64,000 nucleotides of DNA from Protoeuglena noctilucae (Eukaryota), in NCBI GenBank assembly GCA_958009085.1, contig OY253692.1:1-64000 (forward strand), read 5' to 3'. The position numbers were made by a program, and so were the translations under genes. Below the pieces are notes generated by a model. The model was not told the DNA's origin and did no database searches. It worked only from the letters and a program-made list of their open reading frames with translations. The number at the start of each line of letters is the position of its first letter. Position 1 is the stretch's first letter. This document shows, piece after piece, positions 55,704 through 64,000 of the stretch.

Positions 55704-56347
55704 TTAATTTTTCCCGCAGTAACAAAAAAGTGCATTTTTGGTTTTCCGAACAAATTTCGGACAACACTTGGTTAAAATACATTTTTCAAAAAACTTTTAA
55801 AAAGATAAAAGTTTTTAAAGTTCTCGCCTTTTTCTCAGCCATTAGCTTCAGGACGATTCAACTGTCTTTATTTCTAGTTCTTTTGACATTTTTCTTATAA
55901 GAATATTCCAGCTGTTTCTTTCTTTCTTTCATTCTATGAAAGAAATAACAAGCTTTCGCTACATGAAATTGTTAAATTGTCATCTCGAACCGCAACGAAT
56001 TTCCCGTCGTTAGACCGAGAGCTCGTCTAAGAGACGAGAGTTAGAAATAAAAGATTTTTTGTACTGTTAATATTAGTTTGCCATAACTTTTTAGATATGT
56101 CAATCTTTTTTTGTAAAAAGTAAATTTATTAAGTAGTCATAGTGTTAACACGTAATTAGCCGTTATGGAATCAAGTTTGGGATGTTTTCAAAGGAAAGAC
56201 CGGAACTAAAGCAACTAAAAGTCTCAGATTTCATCTACAAATAAAACATCTCTAGTAGAATATTTTCTGAAGCTTTTGAGACTTTCGATTCTGGGCATTT
56301 CGTATTCCCTAAAGGAATACAAGAAAAGAACCGAATTTGTTAATTGA

Positions 56348-56434
56348 CGGAGAGAGAGGGATTCGAACCCTCGGTAGTAATGTTACTACGACAAATTAGC
56401 AATCTGCTCCCTTAAGCCTCTCGGGCATCTCTCC
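56348..56434 (-). tRNA. trnS: tRNA-Ser(GCU), IRb
   Basis: Mirror of 27940-28026. Confidence 0.95.
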
Positions 56435-56553
56435 GTTGCGAAGCCTGAAATATTTTTTAAATAAATCTCTCTTAATTTTTTTTAGTTATCATTTAAAGGT
56501 CTTACCGGAAGTAAGGATATAGTTAAACTTCCACCAAAATCTTGGTCCAAAAG

Positions 56554-56600
56554 GAACACTCTTTCTCGTAGCTAACTACGAGAACAAACTCGAAGAGGAA
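56554..56600 (-). repeat. 47-bp hairpin repeat, copy 4
   Basis: Mirror of 27774-27820. Confidence 0.95.
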
Positions 56601-56736
56601 TAAAGTTTACGAATAAACAAAAACTTGCTACCAATCGAAACGATTGGTATAGAGTTAGTTTTACCCCAGCTGAAGGCTTCCGGTATTTACCATTTTAAAA
56701 GAAAAATAACTTTAATAGCTTAGTTTTCGTTTTATC

Positions 56737-56761
56737 GATCCTTAGCTGAGCTAAGGATCGG
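56737..56761 (-). terminator. Palindrome after atpA
   Basis: CGATCCTTAGCT-G-AGCTAAGGATCG. Confidence 0.65.
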
Positions 56762-56797
56762 TTATTCCTTGGTTGAAAAGCATTTTCTTGTAGTTTT

Positions 56798-58321
56798 TTA
56801 AGAAACGGCTACAGCTTTAAATTCTTCTTTATATTCTAAAATAGCTTTCTTTAACATTTCTTGTGCCTCAGGTGTAAAAGTCTTCGTATCACGAATGATT
56901 TGACCATATTGTGCACAATTTGTCGATAAATATTTACGGAAACCAACTAAAAAGGCACGAACTTCATTAACCGCAATAGAATCTAAAAATCCGTTTGTAC
57001 CAGCATAGATACAAGCAACTTGATCTTCTAGAGATAATGGCGCAGCTTGCGCTTGCTTTAATAGTTCACGTAAACGTTGACCTCTTGCTAATTGATTTTG
57101 TGTAGCTTGATCTAAATCAGAAGCAAACTGTGAAAAAGCTTCTAACTCCGCGAATTGAGCTAGTTCTAGTTTTAATTTACCAGCTACTTGTTTCATAGCT
57201 TTTGGCTGCGCAGCAGAACCTACACGAGAAACAGAAATACCAACATTAATTGCTGGACGAATTCCAGAGTTAAATAGATCTGCCGATAAGAAGATTTGGC
57301 CATCCGTAATGGAAATTACGTTAGTTGGAATATATGCAGATACATCTCCTTCCTGTGTTTCCACTACTGGTAATGCTGTCATACTTCCAGCCCCTAAAGC
57401 ATCACTAAGTTTTGCAGCTCGTTCTAATAGACGAGAGTGTAAATAAAAAACATCACCTGGATACGCTTCACGACCTGGTGGTCGGCGCAGTAATAAAGAC
57501 ATTTCACGATAAGCTTGTGCTTGTTTTGTTAAATCATCATAAATTACTAATGTATGGCGACCATTATACATAAAAAATTCAGCTAAAGCTGCACCAGTAT
57601 ATGGAGCTAAATATTGTAAAGTTGCTGGACTATCTGCTGTAGCAGAAACAATTATTGTGTAGTCCATAGCACCTCGTTCCGTTAAGGTATTAACTACCTG
57701 AGCAACCGACGAAGCTTTTTGACCAATAGCTACATATACACAAACAACATCTTTACCTTTTTGATTAATAATGGTATCAACTGCAATTGCCGTTTTTCCT
57801 GTTTGTCTGTCACCGATAATTAATTCACGTTGTCCACGGCCAATTGGAATCATCGCATCAATAGCAACAAGACCAGTTTGTAGTGGTTCATGAACAGATT
57901 TACGGGAAATAATACCTGGAGCATTCGATTCAATAAGACGTGTTTCTTTTGTTGAAATTTCGCCTTTTCCATCAATAGGTACAGCTAAAGCATTTACAAC
58001 ACGACCTAGGTATTTCTCGCCAACAGGAATTTGGGCGATTTTACCAGTTGCACGAACAGAACTACCTTCTTGAACTTTACGCCCTTCACCCATTAGTACA
58101 GCACCAACATTTTTAGATTCTAAATTTAGAGCAATACCAATTGTTCCGTCTTCAAATTCAAGAAGTTCACCAGCCATTACTTTTTCAAGTCCATAAATAC
58201 GAGCAATACCATCTCCAACTTGGAAAACCGTTCCTACATTTACAACTTTAACTTCTTGATTATATTGTTCGATTTGCTGGCGAATAATACTACTAATTTC
58301 ATCAGGTCTAATCTTAACCAT
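56798..58321 (-). CDS. atpA: ATP synthase CF1 alpha
   Basis: GDRQTGKT Walker [23 protein letters not shown]. Confidence 0.99.
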   Translation of the reverse strand: MVKIRPDEISSIIRQQIEQYNQEVKVVNVGTVFQVGDGIARIYGLEKVMAGELLEFEDGTIGIALNLESKNVGAVLMGEGRKVQEGSSVRATGKIAQIPVGEKYLGRVVNALAVPIDGKGEISTKETRLIESNAPGIISRKSVHEPLQTGLVAIDAMIPIGRGQRELIIGDRQTGKTAIAVDTIINQKGKDVVCVYVAIGQKASSVAQVVNTLTERGAMDYTIIVSATADSPATLQYLAPYTGAALAEFFMYNGRHTLVIYDDLTKQAQAYREMSLLLRRPPGREAYPGDVFYLHSRLLERAAKLSDALGAGSMTALPVVETQEGDVSAYIPTNVISITDGQIFLSADLFNSGIRPAINVGISVSRVGSAAQPKAMKQVAGKLKLELAQFAELEAFSQFASDLDQATQNQLARGQRLRELLKQAQAAPLSLEDQVACIYAGTNGFLDSIAVNEVRAFLVGFRKYLSTNCAQYGQIIRDTKTFTPEAQEMLKKAILEYKEEFKAVAVS

Positions 58322-58326
58322 TGTCC

Positions 58327-58881
58327 CTAAGCCTTATAGTTTCTTAATAATACAATATGAAAATTAGTAATAGAGCGATGAAAAGAAGAATCTACACGTT
58401 TTTGTTTCATTAAACGATCTTCAACAAGAGTTAAAGCAAGAGAAATTACTTGTTTTGACAACTTCTGTAAAGTTGTTTTTTGTTGTAATTGAATAATCTC
58501 TTGTTTCGTTTGTTCTAATCGTTTTAGATCTTCTTCTGTTTGAAAAAGAATTTGATTTTTTTCTTTTTCAGCAGAAACCACACTCTGTTTACGAATTTCC
58601 TCTGATTTATTCTTTGCATTTGCTAAAGCTTTTTTTGCTTCTTCCAATTGCATTTGTGCTTCTTTTGCTTTTTCTTCTGCTTCTCGCATCGTACTTAAAA
58701 TTGCTTGTTTACGATTAGCCAAAAGAGAACGCAAAGCATCCCCACCAAAAGTAAATAAAACACCTAGAACAACTATTAAATTTATAATATTAGTGTCTAA
58801 GATATTTGTATTGATGGCAAACCCTTCAGAATGACCCAGAGGAAAATGATCAAAAAAGATCTTATCCATAAAAGTCTCCAT
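58327..58881 (-). CDS. atpF: ATP synthase CF0 subunit I (b)
   Basis: [18 protein letters not shown] followed by a coiled coil; between atpH and atpA; exact start uncertain. Confidence 0.95.
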   Translation of the reverse strand: METFMDKIFFDHFPLGHSEGFAINTNILDTNIINLIVVLGVLFTFGGDALRSLLANRKQAILSTMREAEEKAKEAQMQLEEAKKALANAKNKSEEIRKQSVVSAEKEKNQILFQTEEDLKRLEQTKQEIIQLQQKTTLQKLSKQVISLALTLVEDRLMKQKRVDSSFHRSITNFHIVLLRNYKA

Positions 58882-59183
58882 TTTTTTTCGTTTTTGTAAA
58901 ATAAAAGTTTATTTTACTATTAAATCAAGTTTTCTTTTTTAAACAGTTTTTTAAAATTCGAAAAAACGTTCGAACAAAAATTGACGAATAAAAAAGAAAC
59001 TTGCATTTCATTAGGTGTTCCATTGTTTGCTTTTTTTCTTTTTAGTTATAAAAGATAACAAAAGAAAACAATGGAATAAAAATAACACTAAAGGAGGGTT
59101 TTACTTATTTATAGAGTTATATATAGATGTTCAAATATAGCCTCTAGTTTTTTTTAAAAAAAGTAGGGTTGCAATACGTTTTG

Positions 59184-59450
<267 letters not shown>

Positions 59451-59738
59451 TTATTTAAGCCATTTTTTTTTTTTTGTTTTTTTTTGGCTTATATTTAAGC
59501 CTACGAAATTTTTTTAAAAATGTAAACTAGTAAAAATTTGATTTAAAAAATCAAATAATTATATTATTTTTTGAAAAATATCTAATATTGTTAAATTCTA
59601 TTTTCTAAAAAAAAAAAGAGATATTTTTTGTTTTTAGAATTAAAAACTAGTTTTTTTTTCAGTTTTCAGATAATAGGATAAGAAAAAAGAAAGAATTTCG
59701 GTAAATGAAATCTCCAAACTCTTTTAAAACGATGAAAA

Positions 59739-60479
59739 TTAATGATGATCTTCGACAGCTTCACCTATATAAGCTCCAGCTAAAGTAGCGAAAACAAGAG
59801 CTTGAATACCACTCGTGAAAACACCTAATAGCATAATAGGAATAGGTACAACTAATGGTACTAAAGATATTAATACAGCTACTACTAACTCTTCAGCTAC
59901 AATATTACCAAATAATCGAAAACTTAAAGATAAAGGTTTTGTAAAATCTTCTAAAACATTAATTGGTAATAAAAATACTGCTGGAGATACATAGCGTTTA
60001 AAATAACCTAATCCTTTTTTTGAAATTCCAGCATAAAAATAAGAGATTGATGTTAATAAAGCTAAAGCTACTGTAGTATTAATATCATTCGTTGGCGCAG
60101 CCAATTCTCCATTTGGTATTTCAATAAAGCGCCATGGGAATAAAGCTCCTGACCAATTAGAAACTAAAATAAACAAAAAGATTGTCCCAATAAAAGGTAC
60201 CCATTTTAAAAAATCATGTTCACCAATTTGCGTTTTGGCCAAATCTCTAATAAATTCAGTAATATATTCTGTAAAATTTTGCAAACCTTCTGGGATTACT
60301 TTAAGATCACGATTTCCCAAAAGCGAAACTGCAAAAAGAATAAATAAAACAACCCAAGAAGTTATTAGTACTTGACCATGAACTTGATACTCACCAATTG
60401 ACCAATAGTAATGTTCACCAATGGTAACTTCAGCAATATCGAAAATATTATTAGTTAAAAACATAAAAGTTTTATGCAT
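59739..60479 (-). CDS. atpI: ATP synthase CF0 subunit IV (a)
   Basis: [28 protein letters not shown]. Confidence 0.98.
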   Translation of the reverse strand: MHKTFMFLTNNIFDIAEVTIGEHYYWSIGEYQVHGQVLITSWVVLFILFAVSLLGNRDLKVIPEGLQNFTEYITEFIRDLAKTQIGEHDFLKWVPFIGTIFLFILVSNWSGALFPWRFIEIPNGELAAPTNDINTTVALALLTSISYFYAGISKKGLGYFKRYVSPAVFLLPINVLEDFTKPLSLSFRLFGNIVAEELVVAVLISLVPLVVPIPIMLLGVFTSGIQALVFATLAGAYIGEAVEDHH

Positions 60480-61038
60480 TTTATTAAATTATTAACCTAT
60501 ACGAAGTATAGGTGAACCAATCCTCCGGAAAGATAACAATTTAAATACGATTAAGTTAATCGAATTGTATTTGTATAACCTGGCGAATCAGTGGAAGCTG
60601 AACTCACTTAACCTAAGTTTTCTTCAGTTAATCGGAAAAGTTTGTTTGAAACATTAACAGTTTCTCCATCAATGTAAAAAAGAAGGTAAAAACATTGTTA
60701 AAGTCAATTAACAAATGTTTCAAGAATATGAAATTCATCATACTTTCAATAACTAACTGGTTTTCGAAAACCAATACAAAGTATTGTTGAAATCCGAACT
60801 TAGTTCATACAAAATCTGTTTTGTATAGGTAAATCTTCCCAAAATCTTGATTACGGAAAAAGGAGCTACGATTTTTTCTTTAAATATCTTAAAACAAATT
60901 TGTTTAATAAAAAAATTTAAGGGATGTTTTAAGAACGTTTTTAAAAAAGTTTATCGAAATAAAACTTCGAGCTCTAAATCAATTCTAGCGAAGCTTAGAA
61001 CATTTATGCAAGTAAAAAAAAACTAAAAAAACTACTTA

Positions 61039-61740
61039 TTAGTTTTCTTTCATATTTATTTTCATTTTTTCCCTACCAATTTGGATAGCAGTACAAATTT
61101 CATTTAATATTAATTTAATAGAGGAAACTGAGTCATCATTAGCTGGGATAAAAAGGTCCGCTAAACTTGGATCACAATCCGTATCTAAAATAGTTATACT
61201 CCGCAATCCTAATTTTTTACACTCCAATACTGCATTTATTTCTTCATTTTGACCGATAATTATAACAATATCTGGTAATTTTTGCATTTCTTTAAGGCCA
61301 CCCAAATATTTTTCTAATTTTTCCTTTTGTTTTCTTTTTATAGCAGCTTCTTTTTTTGGTAAACGATTTAGTTTACCACTTAACTCGTCAGCATCATACT
61401 GTTTCAATTTTTCAATCGAAGTCTTGATAGTCTTCCAATTTGTTAACATTCCCCCTAACCAGCGATGATTAACAAAAAACGCACCACAATCGTTTGCTTT
61501 TTCAGCAATTAATTCTTCTACTTGATTTTTCGTACCTACAAAAAGAAAGTTTTTACCAAGATAAGATTGTTCTTTTAGAAAAACACAAACATCATCAAGA
61601 TATTTATAAGTTTGTATTAAATCAATAATATGTACCCCATTGCGTTCCCCATAAATAAATGGTGCCATTCGTGGATTCCATTTTCGTGATTGATGGCCAT
61701 AATGCATTCCTGCTTTAACCATGTCTGTTAGTGTAATCAT
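61039..61740 (-). CDS. rps2: Ribosomal protein S2
   Basis: AGMHYGHQ...[22 protein letters not shown]. Confidence 0.98.
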   Translation of the reverse strand: MITLTDMVKAGMHYGHQSRKWNPRMAPFIYGERNGVHIIDLIQTYKYLDDVCVFLKEQSYLGKNFLFVGTKNQVEELIAEKANDCGAFFVNHRWLGGMLTNWKTIKTSIEKLKQYDADELSGKLNRLPKKEAAIKRKQKEKLEKYLGGLKEMQKLPDIVIIIGQNEEINAVLECKKLGLRSITILDTDCDPSLADLFIPANDDSVSSIKLILNEICTAIQIGREKMKINMKEN

Positions 61741-61897
61741 AGTATCTTTAAGTAATAATTAATTTATTAGTCCAAAAATCTGTCCTGTTAATTCCGATAA
61801 TAATAGGCCTTTTATTAACTAAAAAAAAACCTAAAAAATTAGCTACTTTGCTAACCCAGAGCAACTATTTGTGTAGTAAAAGAACAACTTCGTATAG

Positions 61898-61941
61898 CTA
61901 ATCTCTATTTTTTTTCTATTTGAAAAAAAAATAGAGATTAG
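61898..61941 (-). terminator. Long hairpin after rpoC2
   Basis: CTAATCTCTA-T8-C...G-A9-TAGAGATTAG. Confidence 0.6.
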
Positions 61942-61990
61942 TTGACGAAACTAATTTCTATAAGTTTCCTTAATTGTACTTGATTTTATT

Positions 61991-64000
61991 CTATTCGTCT
62001 TTATTAAAAAAATAAAAAAAATCTCTAAAACCTGTTCCTACTGGAATTAAGTGACCAAGAATGACATTTTCTTTTAATCCTTTTAAGAAATCGGTTTTTT
62101 TCTCGATTGCAGCTTTCGCTAAAATCCGTGTCGTTTCTTGAAAACTGGCTGCCGAAATAAAACTTTTTGTTTCTAACGAAGCTTTTGTTATTCCTAGTAA
62201 AACCGGTTCATACCTTGCAGGAGAACTTTCGGTTCCTGCATTAATTAGTTCAATTGTTTCAAGATTTATCAATTCACCCGGTAATAAACCAGTTTGGGCT
62301 CCATCAATAATTCGAACTTTAGAAGTCATCTGCCGAATAATAATCTCTAAATGCTTATCTGCAATGCTAACTCCCTGAGTTTGATAGACTTGTTGAACAC
62401 TATCAACTAAAAATTGTTGAGTTGTTTGAATACTTAAACGAACCGCTTTTTCAAAAGACATTTTTCTAATAAAGTTTTGATACAATTTTTCTAATTTTAT
62501 AGGAACACTATTTACAATAGGTTCACCAAATTTAGAAGAACGCGCTTCAAAAAATTCTTCAATTTTAGGAATACCTTGAACGATATCCCCACTTTGTAAT
62601 CGTTTATAAAAAAGTGTTACTAATAAATTTTCTTTTTTTACTAGATTATTATGAAATACATGAAAAATAGATCTTGAAGAAAATAAACACGGTTGTCCTT
62701 TTCTTAAAACCAGTAAAAGTTTCCCGTTGTTTTCTCTAATAGAAAGGATTTGACCAGATACAGAAAAAGTATAGTTTTTCAAAATTTTTTGTTCTGTTCT
62801 AAAAAAATTAGTTAGTAAAGTAAAAATAGCTTTTTGGTCCAAACCTTCCCCTATTAAATTAATAGAATTAACATTAAAACAGGCAAAATCTGATCGAGCC
62901 AGTACTAATTTAGAAGAAGTATTTTTTCGTTCTATATTTTTTTCAAAAAAAGGAAAAGAATTCTGTGAAACATCAAAAACTTCACCTTCTGTAATTCCCA
63001 AATGTTGTCGTTTCGCAAAAATTTGATTTTTTGTTAACTGTTTCAAATGGTCTAGTTTAAAAATAACTTGTTGTTTTTTTTTGCAGATTATTTTTTGTAA
63101 AGTCTTATGTAATGGGTAGATATAAACTAATCGAAAATGTAATGAAAGAAAACCAGATGTCTTCCAATAAGATCCTAGCAAGGTTTCTTGATCCCTTTTT
63201 TGCAGTAAAGCCTCGGGAATTTGTTTTATAAAAAAGGTGCAAGAACTCCCTATTGAATTGGCTTTCTTATTTAGTATTAAACTTGAAAAAATAGAATTAT
63301 AAATAAAAATTTGTTCTTTTTGTACAGTGGTTTGAATTCGAGCACACTGTGGATTTGTTATTAATTCATGAAAAATAGTTTTATAATTTTTAGTAAAATA
63401 CAAATGTTCTTTAGTTCTTAAGAGATTATTTAAATTTTTTTGTGGACAAAAAAAAGTTTTTTGATGGTTTAGGTTTTCAATTACTCGACCCTCAATTTTT
63501 TTAAAATTTCGATTTGAAGAAGTAAAAAAATGTCTTTTAATAATATAAATTGTATTTTTTTCTAAAAAGTTAAATTTTGGAACTTCGTTTCCAATAGAAG
63601 AATTTTGTTTTTGTAAAGTTTTTAACCAAAGAGTATTTTTTTGAGAAATAGAATAATTATCTAAATGTAAAGATATTTTTGAAAAAATATTTTTTATTTT
63701 AGACTCATTTATTTTTAAATCCTTATCTGATCTTTGTTCAACTTCAGCCGAAATTTGATTCTCATTAAGCTGATAATTTTTCCAAAATTCAATGAAACTT
63801 AAGTTTCGTTTTACCTGATGTAAACTAGTAAAATTTGATTCCCAAAAAATATCATCAAGAATTAATTGACCTTTTTTATATATAGTATTTTTTTTATCTT
63901 TTTTCGAATAAAATTTTATCTGTTCATTTTTTGACAAATAAGGCCAAGAAGGAATAAGACTAAAAAGAAAACTATTTTTTTTTGTTTTTTCTATTTCACT
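61991..64000 (-). CDS. rpoC2: RNA polymerase beta'' subunit, 3' part (frame open to the window edge)
   Basis: GDIVQGIPKIEEFFEAR; DKHLEIIIRQM; SFISAASFQETT; LKENVILG; the 21 codons upstream of 63937 contain no stop. Confidence 0.96.
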   Translation of the reverse strand, partial: SEIEKTKKNSFLFSLIPSWPYLSKNEQIKFYSKKDKKNTIYKKGQLILDDIFWESNFTSLHQVKRNLSFIEFWKNYQLNENQISAEVEQRSDKDLKINESKIKNIFSKISLHLDNYSISQKNTLWLKTLQKQNSSIGNEVPKFNFLEKNTIYIIKRHFFTSSNRNFKKIEGRVIENLNHQKTFFCPQKNLNNLLRTKEHLYFTKNYKTIFHELITNPQCARIQTTVQKEQIFIYNSIFSSLILNKKANSIGSSCTFFIKQIPEALLQKRDQETLLGSYWKTSGFLSLHFRLVYIYPLHKTLQKIICKKKQQVIFKLDHLKQLTKNQIFAKRQHLGITEGEVFDVSQNSFPFFEKNIERKNTSSKLVLARSDFACFNVNSINLIGEGLDQKAIFTLLTNFFRTEQKILKNYTFSVSGQILSIRENNGKLLLVLRKGQPCLFSSRSIFHVFHNNLVKKENLLVTLFYKRLQSGDIVQGIPKIEEFFEARSSKFGEPIVNSVPIKLEKLYQNFIRKMSFEKAVRLSIQTTQQFLVDSVQQVYQTQGVSIADKHLEIIIRQMTSKVRIIDGAQTGLLPGELINLETIELINAGTESSPARYEPVLLGITKASLETKSFISAASFQETTRILAKAAIEKKTDFLKGLKENVILGHLIPVGTGFRDFFYFFNKDE

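Noticed and set aside
63937..64000. Split rpoC2 or a separate gene starting at 63937
   Set aside because: The frame stays open to the window edge, so the gene is simply truncated by the window.

Overview
This is a 64-kb part of an AT-rich green-algal (chlorophyte) chloroplast genome with a quadripartite layout, and I found no introns in it. The layout is LSC part 1-27689, IRa 27690-39157, a small gene-dense SSC 39158-45216 (6059 bp), IRb 45217-56684 (IR = 11,468 bp; mirrored coordinates sum to 84374), and LSC part 56685-64000. The LSC parts carry psaA/B, ribosomal-protein clusters, tufA, ycf4, cemA, infA, rpoA, rpl12, petB/D, psbB/T/N/H, clpP, atpA/F/H/I, rps2 and the 3' part of rpoC2. The SSC carries rpl32, cysT, ycf1, ccsA, trnR, minD, trnN, ycf20 and psaC. 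Each IR carries trnS(GCU), psbA, the rRNA operon (transcribed towards the LSC), psbM and five more tRNAs. Gene content suggests a pedinophyte or Chlorellales-like alga (inference only). The most notable observations are: (1) an exact 47-bp hairpin-containing repeat in inverted orientation near both ends of each IR, with a variant copy upstream of rrs; (2) a ~200-codon decayed, unrecognised ORF directly behind 5S rRNA; (3) a GC-enriched psaA leader with two mutually exclusive pairings; (4) dispersed small palindrome families; (5) clustered substitutions in AtpH/AtpI and PetD. All of this was read by eye; no database search was run.
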